DNA of 64,000 nt from Octopus sinensis (Eukaryota): positions 117,366,001 to 117,430,000 of the forward strand of contig NC_043000.1 in assembly GCF_006345805.1 (NCBI RefSeq), written 5' to 3'. Of this stretch, positions 38,960-50,306 are shown piece after piece. The stretch's first letter is position 1. Each line of letters starts with the position of its first letter. The notes beneath the pieces were generated by a model. It was not told the DNA's origin and made no database searches. It saw only the letters and a list, made by a program, of their open reading frames with translations. Both the position numbers and the translations under genes were made by a program.

Positions 38960-40727
38960 TCCAAGCTATACGTGTTGTTATCTGTGATTAGACAGTGAAA
39001 TTTTGTTGTGTAAATTGATTATTATCGCGCGAGGCGTTTACCTCCACGTGTGGAAACCTTCCGAAGAGGGTGAATTGACCCTCTAGTCATGGCGACTTAT
39101 GCGGGGGTCGCGGGAGGGAAAAGTAATGATTCGTCGATAGTCGTGAAGGATGTTTTCTTTGAGAAGAGTAAAATCAAGGAATATGAAGGGCTCTTCAAGG
39201 GGGAGGGTGATAGCGTGAAGCTGGTCCCCCCCGCGAAGGCAAAGGAGGACAAGGAGAGCAAGACAGTGACATATAGAGCCCAAGACAGAAGTACGAAGAA
39301 GCTGGCAAGAGTGGAGATGGCCGAAATCGAAAAATGTCTGGGAGACGTGATGGGGAAATCGACCTACGTGAGTGGAGGCAAGAAGTTTGGTGCGGTGGAG
39401 GTGAGATGTGCAACGGAAGAAGTTGCAGCCTCGCTGGCTGCCACTGTACTGAGAGCGGAAACATTTATAATGTGGCCCTCATGCAGGGGAGGAGGAGGGG
39501 TCCGGGTTGAAGTCCCGAATGTGCCCCCAGAAGTGAGAGCAGAATGGCTGGCAACAGTTATTCTGGGAGCGGCAGAGGAGGAAGTGGAGGTGGAATCCTT
39601 TAAGGAGTCCAACGCGGTGGACTGGAGAGGATATGGGGTGGAGCTGTGTTTGATGGCCACAGAGGAGGACATTGAAGGGTTCCCCTACAGAGTAGAAGTT
39701 GAAGATGAGAGGGCCCTCAGTGTAATTGTAGAGGGAGGAGGGCCAAACTGCTACTTGTGCGGGACAGGGGGGGCACATTGGAAGGGAGTGCCCGTTATAC
39801 GAATTCGTGGCGGAGTGCGGGCGGGAGCTTGAAGAAGGGAAGAATACGGTAAATGAAGGGGAAAACATGGAAAGGGAAACAAAACAACAAGAGAAGGGAA
39901 GTGGTGGGTCAATGAAGGAGGGAGAAATGGGGGAAGGGAAGGAGATGGAAGATGGAACCGGGGAGAGTCAGGAAAAAAAAAGGAAAAAGAAACAACAGGA
40001 GGGGAACAGGAGAGAGATCGGAATCAAGCGAAGGGAAAGGACGGCACACAGGAGGAAGAGGAGGAGGAGCGTGAAACACGAGAGAAGGAGAGAGCAGACA
40101 AGGAACCGGAAGGACAGGAGAAGGAGGAAGAAGGAGAGGAAGGCAAGGGGGGAGAAAGAGAGAAGCAGGGAGAGGAGAACAAGGAAGAAATGGGCCCGAA
40201 AGGAAAAAACGAGGGAGAGCGTAGGACGGAAAGCAGGATTGCTGCTTCTACAAGTTGGTAACCTTCCATTTCTGCCCTGAAATGAGGGACTTGACATGTA
40301 GTACGGAGGGACATGTGTGGGTCAACAGGATGACCGATCGGTGGCGGGAGACTGCTCTAATCCCCGAAGAAAGAGTCGCTGAGTTCCTCAGAGCTGCCGG
40401 AGAGAGTGTAATATTTTACACGAGTGTTCGAGTGAGAGGCTCAGTGATTGACTTTAGAGAGTTGAAAGCTATTATGGAGTACGTGTGGAGTTGTGAGAAG
40501 AGAGGGAAGAAGGAGGAGAAGGGGGAAAGTATTGTGAAATGTATGTGACGAAGGTGTAACCTCTCGATTCCGGGGATCGGGTGGGCATTTGCATCTCATT
40601 GTGGATATTCTTTCATATGTCATTTTTTACTTTTATTTTTTCCTTTTCTTGTCATTCGCTTTCTTATTTTGAGTTCCCCGATTGTATTGTCCCCTCTATG
40701 TTCGCCCCTTGTGGGTAATAATAAAAT
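38960..40727 (+). mobile_element. ORF1-only non-LTR retroelement (HAL1-like), 3' tail shared with the Tx1-like LINE
   Basis: Putative TSD CA[G/A]ATGGC (38952-38959 / 40728-40735). Carries only ORF1. Its 47-nt tail (40680-40726) is 46/47 identical to 45856-45902. Confidence 0.8.
39089..40548 (+). pseudogene. Gag-like ORF1p, frameshifted after the zinc knuckle
   Basis: MATYAGVAGG start; VRVEVPNVPPEV; VIVEGGGPNCYLCGTGGAH; K/E/R-rich linker; C-terminal piece at 40255-40548. Confidence 0.8.
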
Positions 40728-40953
40728 CAAATGGCGGAAAGCAAATCGCGTGTGTAGTGAGTTATTATATTTTTCCGTTGCGTATATTTTCTCCGTTATA
40801 TTCTACTGTGTGTCTAACTGTCTTTGTTTATTGTCGTACAACTGTTGAAGTCAGCCTTCGTGCGAGGGCTTCGTGTTGTGTTCCCCCCTCCGTGGGGGAA
40901 AAACTATCATTATCGCGGCTTGTGCCAAGGGCTTGTTAAGCCAGTTGTCGGAG

Positions 40954-42286
40954 ATGGACTCCTCCATCTCATATTCACCTGTGTCTAGTGATGCAGGATC
41001 ACCGGCGGTGTCGCCAAAGAAAAAAGAGGCGGTGTCGCCAAAGAAAAAAGAGGCGGTGTCGCCAAAGAAAAAAGATATTCCAGCACCAGCGAAAAAATTT
41101 TCAGAAGTAGCTGGTAAGAAAATTAAAAAAATTAACGTTGAAGACCTAAAGAAATATGCGGACTGTGTGACAAAAGAGGGCACGGAAGTAACAGTGGTTA
41201 CAAACGCCCAAAAACAGGAAGAAATTGCAAAAAGAATAATTAATTTATAAGACCTTCAATATAACAAGCAAATCGATACAAAAAAATAGAGGAAAAAAAA
41301 TCGAAAATTGCTTAAAACCGATAATGGATAAGATCACATACATCAATAGAGGAAAGAAATACGGCACAGAGGAGGTGAGATTCACAACAGAGGAGGTAGC
41401 CAAAAAGCTATCTATGGAACCAATAAAAGCGGAGAATATTGTTCTCCTCCCCCTGTATAGAGGAAAAAGAACATCAAAGATCACTATGAATAATATTCCG
41501 CCAGAAGCGGATGCCGAATGTCTGGTGGCAGCAGTTATGGTAGGCCTGGAGGAAAAAATAAACATCCTCCAGGCCACAGTAGAGGAGGAAGAATTCTGGA
41601 AAGGGCAGCGGATAATAATATCCATCCAGGCAGAAATACAAACCCTGGAAGAAATACCAGAGACTCTAAAAATAAGTGAAGATAGAGTCACAGTCTTCGT
41701 AGAGGGCAGAAAGCCGAGGTGCTTCGGCCGCGGCAAGAAAGGGCACGTAAGGGCAGAATGCCAGCCCAAACCGCAGGAAGCAGCTCAGCCAAGTGGAAGA
41801 AAAGAAGAGGTGTCACCAGAAGCAGCGCCGGGCGACCCAGAAGGGACGGCTGAAGGTGTGGAGGTGACAGAGGCAGCGGAACCAGCGGCGGAGGAAAAAA
41901 AGAGCGAGGAAACGAAAAATGAGGAGGGGTGGTCAAAAATCACTAGAAAAAAAAAACTGAAACCACCCCTCCAAAGTGAACCAAAAGAAGAAAAGAGAGC
42001 CGTTGAACTCATTTATGGCCGTTAAGGCCTCGAACAATAGACTCGGTAATGTGTTGGCAGCTATGGCCAAAATGGAAAAAATAGGGAAAAAAATGACTAT
42101 ATATTGTACAGAATAGGCCGGAAGGATTACGGACGGATAAAGTCCGAATTTTTTCATGACGTGGGCCCGCTCAGAATGGTTATAACATCTCCATATATAT
42201 TCGAGGGCCTGCGTCAGACTCCCCCACGAGGCCCAGAAAAAGAGACAAACAAAGAAGAAAAGGAAAAAACCGAACCACTGATATAA
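40954..42286 (+). pseudogene. LINE ORF1p, frameshifts near 41240 and 42025
   Basis: YINRGKKYG, LLPLYRGKRTSKITMNNIPPE and a degenerate knuckle CFGRGKKGHVRAEC. The N-terminus has (AVSPKKKE)x3. Confidence 0.85.
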
Positions 42287-42294
42287 GGTAAGTA

Positions 42295-45200
42295 ATGGAT
42301 TACATTTATGTTGGTTGTTTGAATGTGCGCGGCCTGGGATCAAGCTGGAAGCAAGGTCGCTTCCTTAATGATATCAGGTCGCGTAATTTAGATGTTATTG
42401 TTGCTACAGAAACCCGGGTTAGAGGGGCCAAGAGGTCTACTCCCGCTGTTGACGGCTACGAGAGTTTTTTCTCTCCTGGCAGTCCTACAGGCGGGGGTGG
42501 GGTGTTGGTCCTATTTAAAAAGAAACGGGTTTCTAAGAAAAAGTTAATTTTTGCAGATCCAGAAGGTAGGCTGGTCGTCATGGATTTGACGTTCAGTAGC
42601 GGTAAAGTTATCAGACTGGTTGCAATTTACACACCCAACCATAAAGGGCAAAGTGATTATTTTCGAGAACTGGAAAACTTTCTTGGTACTTCGCATTCAT
42701 TAGTTATGCTAGGTGACTTCAACACAATTTGCAAAGCGGATGTAGATTGTGTTGGCTCGCGTCCAGATAGAAAAGGTAACAGTGGCTTCATGGAACTGCT
42801 AAGCCGCTTTGAGCTAGCAGATCCTTATAGGTTGGAATTTCCGAACGCTCCATTGTGGACATGGTCAAACAGCGACGGATCTTCCAGGTCATATTTAGAT
42901 AGGATACTAATTAGAAAAGTAGACAGAAAAATAGCTAAGTGTCCACAGTTTTACCTGGTCACCTGTAAGCTTGACATAGATAAGGTTAAAAATAGAGGAT
43001 CCGGTTACTGGAAACTTAATACGTCCCTTTTGGCGATTAAGGAGTACAAAGACCGGATTAGGACTATAATTCAGAGGGCACTATCTGGTACCGTCATTAA
43101 TAACAAATGGGGGTACGCCCTCAAACGAGCCATCAAATTCGAGTCAATTAGATATAGCATAGGATTAGTGGCTAGAGAGGCTAGGAGGGAATCTACTCTA
43201 GTTAAGGAATTAGAGGAAGCCTTGAAAACTGGCTCTGCGGCTCAGGTGATGTCCAAGAGACTGGTGTTAAACCAGCACCTCGAGGCCAAACACATGGGCT
43301 GCATTGTCAGGGCTAGGATCCGCCATATGGGTTTGTGAAGGAATCAACGCCGTGAGATGGGCCCGAGTGGTGGAAGCTCAGCGTGGTAACGATGCCACGA
43401 TTCGATCTATGACGAACCAACAAGGTGAGTTGATATAAACGAGCCCGAGGATGTGTGAGGCCTTTCAGGAGCACTTCGCTCAACTTTTCGGTGAGTGCGG
43501 CGGACTGGATAGGAGGAGGGCCTTTACGGACCTCCTCGACGGGCTGCCGCGCTTATCGGGGCGAGATGCGGAGGGCTGTGAAGGGCCAATCACGCCTGGG
43601 GAGGTGGTTGAGGCGATGGCGGACTGCGGCGCGGGCAAGGCGCCGGGTTTAGATGGTCTACCCTATGAGTTATATAAGAGTATGCCAGACTTGTTCGGGC
43701 ACCTACTGGCGGAGGTCTATGCGAACTGGCAGCAGAACGGGCTCATACCCAGATCTGTGCGCCGGGGAGAAGTGACACTCGTCAGAAAGGACCCGAGCAA
43801 GGGGGAGTGCATTGATAATTTTAGGCCCATCACTCTGCTAAACACAGAGTTGAAGATTTTGGGCAAAGTATTATCGAAAAGATTGGCGCGTGTCGCGGAT
43901 GGTCTGATCGGGGAGGCACAGACATGTGCAGTTCCGGGCAGAACCATTCAGGATAATCTCCATCTTATGCGGTACACTATAGAGGGGTTTAATAGCGATT
44001 CTGGCAAGGGTGGGGCACTGGTCCATTTAGACCAATCTAAAGCATTTGATAGGGTCGACCATCGCTACCTGGTATCTGCCCTGGCACAGTTTGGGCTGAG
44101 CCTCGGCTTCCTCAGGTAGATTATCCAAATTTACGACAACATCAACATCGACTCGGTAGTTCGGGTGAACGGCTTCTTGTCGAAGCCGTTCAACATCAAG
44201 CGCTCGGTTCGTCAACGGTGTCCGCTCTTCCCGCTTTTGTATGTGATGGCTCTTGAGCCATTACTGCGAAAACTGAGCGGCATCCCGAGACAGCCAGGTA
44301 GTGGAAAACCGGTGTCAGCGTACGCGGATGACATCACCATCATCGTAACCGAAATGGACCACCTATGTAAAGTAGGCAAGGCCATAGAGGTTTACGAGAC
44401 GGTGACAGGAGCAAAAGTTAATCGCGAAAAGTCAGTCGGCTTGCAACTCGGCACCTGGAGAGGCAAGTCGATGCTCCTGACAGCGTCGTGGGACGTTGGA
44501 CGGAGGGTCCGATTAAGTTGCTAGGGGTTTGGTTCGGTCCAGACCTCCAAATAGATAAGAATTGGGCGAGAGGTATCGAGCAGGGTGGCTGCAGTAACCA
44601 AGACCTGGTCTTGGCGGTGGCTATCCCTGAAAGGGAGGGCGGAGGTAGCCAATGTGTTTATCGCATCGGTTATCACCTACCGCCTTTCGTCGTTTCTTGC
44701 CCTGATTCGTGGTTGATCAAACTTGGAAAGATAGCTCTTCTGCTTCTTGTGGAAGGGCGGGAAACCACTTGTGAAACGCTCTACTTGCTGTCAACAACCG
44801 TTAAGGGTGGGCTAGGGATGCTTGTCTGATGATGCGCAGACATGCGCTGAGGTAAGACATCTGTGGCTCTACCTGGATGGTGAAAGGTGTGGTCTCCGCT
44901 AGCAAAACTGATGTTTCCAAGTTCACTAGTTTCGGTGGATGGGAAACCTGGCTGAATCGTAGATCGAAACTAGGCACATGTACACGAATGTCGCAAGGCT
45001 CTCCTGCTATTCCGTCGCTCGGGCAACGCCTGCGGTGGCGGTTCCACCACATTCTTCTATAGAGGGTGGTAGAGGCGGAATGTGAAGATACCTTGGGGGA
45101 AACCCCAGGTCTCGACGATAATCAGCTGGCCAGTCTGTCCGACGTACGTTCGAGCCGATGACACTGGACAACTTCCAGAAGTCTCTGGCATGGCAATGCT

Positions 45201-45664
45201 ACAGAGGGGCTCTACCTGTTCGGATAAACTCGCCAAGGCACGGTGGCCAAGAAAGTCCGATATGTCCAAGATGCGAGCGGGATAGGGAAACCGTCCCGCA
45301 CGCTATTGTTCATTGTTCGGACGTGTCTGAGGTTGTGGGTTTATGCCGAACAGCTGTTGTCAAGCACACGAAGAGTACAGCTGTCGACTGAATCGATTAC
45401 AAAAATTGACCCACAGATTTCCTCGCGAAAGAAGGTAAGAATTGTTTTCTCGTTGTAGTAGCAATTGCGAAAGAGGTGATATGGAAGACGAGAATGAAAG
45501 GTTTACAGTCAGGCAAGTTCATCTCCGGCCCTGGTTTGATGAATTATTTCATCTTTCACCTGAAAAGGAAGATAGGGCTGGAGAGAATATGCCTGACTAG
45601 GAGAGTGTATGAAGAACGATGGAAAAATGTAGCACGAAAGTTGCGAATGGATGTTACCACATAA
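42295..45664 (+). pseudogene. LINE ORF2p: APE endonuclease, reverse transcriptase and C-terminal CCHC, with several stops and frameshifts
   Basis: GCLNVRGL, VATET, LGDFN, SYLDRI (APE); KAPGLDG, FRPITLLN, LDQSKAFDRV, SVRQRCP, YADD (RT); CPRC...H...C at ~45256-45310. Confidence 0.93.
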
Positions 45665-45906
45665 ATGTAAAACCAGACGAAACCAAAGTATCAGTGGGGA
45701 GGCGGGGCTCGTGGGGTCCCAGCTAAACCCGCTCCCACTCCATCCGTAATATCTTCCGGTCTGTTCTCCATTCGATTTTTTCTATTTTGTAATTTTTTGT
45801 AAATTTTTAAATTCGCTTTTTTGTAAAACCCATTCGTGTATCTGACCCCACATCAGATTGTATTGTCCCATCTATGTTCGCCCCTTGTGGGTAATAATAA
45901 AACAAC

Positions 45907-46200
45907 ATGGAGGAAAGCACCTTCGAAAAGTGTCTTGGTGCGACTATGAAAGGTATTTAATCAGAGGCGGTAAATTCGCCACAATAGAAGCAAGGTTCGA
46001 GTCAACGGAGCGTGCAAGGGAGTACTCGACTCGAACTTGCATAGTGGAAATATTTTATTTTTACCTTTATATCTGGGACGTAGGACGTCCCGGAAAAAAA
46101 TTTTAAATGCTCCCCCTCCCCAGAAGTAGAGGTAGGCTGGATTGTAGCCAACTTCTATACAGAGGGAGGACAAGATACAATTGATCGAATTACAAGAGAG
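45907..46200 (+). pseudogene. 3' piece of the old ORF1 remnant
   Basis: MEESTFEKCLG, IRGGKFATIEARF and LPLYLGRRTSRK fragments, homologous to the other ORF1s. Confidence 0.7.
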
Positions 46201-46416
46201 GGCTAACAATTCCAGTCTTTAATATATTTTGAGTATTGTTATCACTAGCGATATCAAGATATAACCTTGTATTTGTATTTTATGTGTAGACGTATATATA
46301 TAGATGTACATGTAATATGTACACATATATACATGCACTAGCACTATGACCCGGCAACGAAGGGTCTTTAATGCTAGTCTATATATATATATATATATAT
46401 ATATGAATAAATAAAT

Positions 46417-46521
46417 AAATAAATGGAGTTGAACGAAGATGTTAATAAAATTCTTTTACTTTTGACATATGTTTCGAAGTAAAAGAATTTTATTAACATC
46501 TTCGTTCAACTCCATTTATTT
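46417..46521. repeat. Perfect 45-bp inverted repeat with a 15-nt spacer (fold-back of a Penelope-like terminus)
   Basis: 46417-46461 is the exact reverse complement of 46477-46521. Confidence 0.9.
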
Positions 46522-46689
46522 ACTTATACTACACAAATTATTGCACATTAACCCGGAGTTTCTCCTTTGGATAGGTCGCTTCAATCGTGTTTTTGGCGTG
46601 AATTTGCTACCCTGGTAAAGGTTCATTGAATTTTCCATGGTAACGGTAAACATAGGATAATTCATTCACCCATTGATATATAATATATA

Positions 46690-46890
46690 TAGGGAGAGTT
46701 TACGAAAAAAAATACAAAGACGAAGACAGGTAGTGCCAAAAACTAACAGATGTATTAGGTAACGCTCAGGAATAGAAAAAGTCTTTACGTTTCAAGCCTA
46801 CGCTCTTCTACAGAAAGGGACACAGAAAAAAACAGGAGGAAACTAGTAGAGAAAAAATGTGTGTAGTGGCTAACGATCTATCATGGTTAT
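46690..46890 (-). mobile_element. Penelope-like terminal repeat (family of 21682/48330) with hammerhead-like motif at 46783-46817
   Basis: Minus strand reads CTTT-CTGTAGA-A-GAGC GTAG GCTT-GAAACGT-AAAG. Confidence 0.55.
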
Positions 46891-46964
46891 TTATTATTTA
46901 TAAACTGCTATTTCTAAAATCGGTGCGCGGCGAAGCGAAGCAATTAACTGACCCCTAATTATAA

Positions 46965-47317
46965 TCTCTCTATATATAAAGCTGAAGTTGTCTGAGTATG
47001 GCAGTTTGGTAGCCTTCAACTAACACTATCACCTCCGAGACCATGCGGCGCAAGTTGATCAAATTGAGAGTATGATAGAGAAGCTTGCTCTTTCTTCTGT
47101 AGAGAAGAAAAATTCAAATCGGACCATGTTAACACCAAAAATTATTTACATCACAAGGGGGCTTTTTTCTATGTAAATCCCTATTTTTCGATTTCTTTTA
47201 CTGCTGTGTGCCATTTTTCGGTGTATTTCAACCAGAAACATGTTCACTTAAAGCTACATAATGCAAAATTTTACTTTTCAAAAATTCTAGAGGGTCGAAA
47301 CAAACCCAAGAACGCGG
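46965..47317. mobile_element. Helitron/Helentron-associated non-autonomous element, truncated by the gap
   Basis: Starts TCTATATATAAAGCTGAAG and ends ...AAGAACGCGG, resembling the inverse of the ACTAGC...CCCGGCGTTG terminus at 49631. Confidence 0.4.
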
Positions 47318-47417
47318 NNNNNNNNNNNNNNNNNNNNNNNNNNNNNNNNNNNNNNNNNNNNNNNNNNNNNNNNNNNNNNNNNNNNNNNNNNNNNNNNNNN
47401 NNNNNNNNNNNNNNNNN
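47318..47417. other. Assembly gap (100 N)
   Basis: Direct reading. Confidence 1.
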
Positions 47418-47450
47418 CTATCTGTACTATCTGTATGTATGTATGTCACC

Positions 47451-47502
<52 letters not shown>

Positions 47503-47856
47503 CTATCTATCTATCTATCTATTTAATTGTCTCTCTATCTGTATACACGTACGTCTGTTTGTCCCTATCTATCAATGTACCTGTTTGTCTGTCAATCTAT
47601 ATATCTCAGTGGTTTTCAAACATTTCTTTTGTTTGGCCTATGGACTCCCTCCGATTCTTATTTTACTTTACTAGACCCCCATGTTTGAAAAATCCTATTA
47701 AATTCCTATAAGTATTATTAGGAATTGTATTTAAAAAAATTGTTTAAGTATTTTGTGCATTGTGGAAGTAAAACCGATTTATTGTTCATAAACTTAAACA
47801 ACAAATTTTTATTTGGACTCCCTACGATCATATGGAAACTAAAAAAAGAACCATTA

Positions 47857-47908
<52 letters not shown>

Positions 47909-48046
47909 GTCTGTCTATATTTACAGCCATATCACGTTGAAAGCACCGGTTCTCGTCCCATCACCGAAGTAAGCAACGTCGATCCTAGTTAGTACTTAGA
48001 TGGGTGACTGCTTGGGAAACCCAAGTGCTGTAAACGTTTTTAAATA

Positions 48047-48270
48047 GGCGCAGGAGTGGCTCTGTGGTAAGTAACTTGTCTGTGTTTGTCTCCCCAACAT
48101 CGCTTGACAACCGCTGCTTGGTGTGTTTACGTCCCCGTAACATAGTGGTTCGGCAAAAGAGAAAGAATAAAATAAGCACTAGGCTTACAGAGAATAAGAT
48201 TTGCTCGACTAAAGGCGGTGCTCCAGCATGGCCGCAGTCAAATTACTGAAACAAATAAAAGAATAAAAGA
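48047..48270 (+). mobile_element. SINE family A (internally deleted)
   Basis: Head joined directly to the 3' half. Confidence 0.8.
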
Positions 48271-48272
48271 AA

Positions 48273-48327
<55 letters not shown>

Positions 48328-48328
<1 letters not shown>

Positions 48329-48500
48329 GCCATGATAGATCGCTAGCCACTACACATTCTTTATTTTCTCTCCTTGTTTCTTTCTGTCTTCCTTTCTGTG
48401 GAAGAGCGTAGGCTCGAAACGTTAAAGACTCGTTCACTTCCCGAGCGCTAAACCAATATATCTATTTCTTGTCTACACCACCTGTTTTCGACTTTTGTTT
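48328..48500 (+). mobile_element. Penelope-like terminal repeat with hammerhead-like motif at 48392-48427
   Basis: CTTT-CTGTGGA-A-GAGC GTAG GCTC-GAAACGTT-AAAG. Confidence 0.6.
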
Positions 48501-48551
48501 TCTTTTTTTTTTTTTTTCTTGTAAATTCTAAGTGCCTGGAAAAAACATGTG

Positions 48552-49615
48552 TTACATGGAAAAATGCGAGCAAGAGAAATAATAATATTTTAAAAATTAT
48601 TAATCTGGAAAAGTACAGGACAAGTTATTACACTTGGGAAAGTTCAGGACAAGTTATTACATCTGGTAGAGTACAGAACAATAAAATCTTTACTTAAAAT
48701 ATTGCAGCTAAGGATAAAATTTGAATATTAAAAATGATTTGATTTTAATTTACAAAGTAACATTATAATTTAAAAAGGTACCATAATTTTGCTAAAATAT
48801 CGACACACTAGAATACTTAAAAAATGAGAGCCAGAAGTACCAATATAGCTAAAGTTTTATGCAACGTAGAATAGTATAAGTAGTAGGCAAATCCATTATG
48901 TAAAAAATAGGTATTGGGTCAAGATTAAAAACGTGAAGACTTGGCAATAACTTAGGCAATAACTCATGCAAATTTTCTGTGAATTTGTTGTTATAGGTAG
49001 ATTTTACTGTAATATATGACTAATTTTTGTATAATTCTATTTATTGTACTAACTAATTATATACTACTATTATTTTTAATAATCTATTTTCAAATTTCTA
49101 ATTATTAATTATGGAGATGTACTTGCATAGCAAGTGACCTCATCTGAGGAAGGTGTTTATAATCCATTTAAGAAGCACACAAAAACCGTTAGATTCACTT
49201 TAAAACATTTAACTTTAATTTACCAAAATATTTTCGTCGCTTTGAGACCGCGACCTGTTCACTGACAAAATTCGTGCTGCGTTAATGATTATTAATTAAT
49301 GATTTTAAAAATGCATTATTATTTTGAAGTGCAAAAAATCTTTTGTCATTTTTAATTTTTCATAGAAGCAACAAGTAATAACAAATAGAAGTAATAAATC
49401 GTAATAAAATTTTTTGTTTTAATAAAAGTTAATATTTTCTAAATCTAAATATTTTATTTGAAATTTTATCCTTTGCTGTAATATTTTAAGTAAAAATTTT
49501 CTTGTTCTGTACTTTACTTGTCCTGAACTTTTCCAAGTGTAATAACTTGTCCTGTAATTTCCCAGGTTTATAATCTTAAGAATATTATTTCTCTCGCTCG
49601 CATTTTCCCATGTAA
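48552..49615. mobile_element. Foldback-like element with ~200-bp imperfect terminal inverted repeats
   Basis: ttacatggaaaaatgcgagc...aggacaagttattacacttgg is mirrored at ~49420-49615. Confidence 0.7.
49219..49269 (-). ncRNA. Hammerhead-like motif with a G3-C8 swapped core
   Basis: Minus strand reads TTTGTCA-GTGAACA-G-GTCGC ggtctcaaa GCGAC-GAAA-ATAT-TT-TGGTAAA. Confidence 0.45.
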
Positions 49616-49630
49616 TATATATATATATAT

Positions 49631-50138
49631 ACTAGCAGTATCGCCCGGCGTTGCTCGGGTTTGTAAGGGAAATAACTATATAAGCATTTTTAGAGAGTTA
49701 CTTCCCTTATAGATGCCAATTCGGGCTTTCTTAGCCATTTCTGTTTTGGTGTCTTCAAGCCATGAAGTCGTTGTTCTAAAAGAACGCTGGTCTCCCTTGA
49801 CAACGCTTTACAACACGTTGATTTCCTTACACTCTACCCTCCTTCCCCACAGCTTCACGGGGGGGAAGAAGGAGGAGAAGCAAACAGGTGCAGTGTGACC
49901 ATGGAACGCCCAACTCCGCCGCCATCGACACACGAAAAATTATGCATTAAAATGGAATAAAAAATGATGTAAATTATTTTAAAAATCGTAACTCATCGTA
50001 GACGCGCGCTAATACTCAGACGGGCTCGATATGAATCACGACTATAAGATACCCGAATTTGGTTAAACTGCACCGCAAAATGTGGGAGTAGTTAGGAATC
50101 TAAATCAAAGGAGACAGACACTCACACAACTACAGTTT
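49631..50138. mobile_element. Helitron/Helentron-associated non-autonomous element in (TA)n
   Basis: ACTAGCAGTATCGCCCGGCGTTGCTCGGG terminal hairpin; the other end runs into (TA)n. Confidence 0.5.
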
Positions 50139-50306
50139 TATATATATATATATATATTCAATAGTTAACACAATAAAGTTCTTATAAGATAAGAATTTAG
50201 GGATATATTCCGTTGGATAATTCTGAATATATTACTTTAACCTATATAGGTTTCCTGGGGAATATAATATCAACATCAATAATAATTACTCTTTCTACAG
50301 GAAGCA

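Larger units (their letters stand above)
40744..45906 (+). mobile_element. Full-length Tx1-clade (L1 group) LINE, decayed
   Basis: 5' UTR, ORF1, ORF2 (APE-RT-CCHC) and 3' UTR. Putative TSD ATGG[C/A]GGAAAGCA (40731-40743 / 45907-45919). Confidence 0.9.

Noticed and set aside
41245-41769. 174-aa minus-strand ORF
   Set aside because: Antisense shadow of LINE ORF1.
49138-49200. CTGAGGAA followed by a GTGTT/AGCAC stem
   Set aside because: GAAA core is missing and stem I is unpaired; at best a dead remnant.
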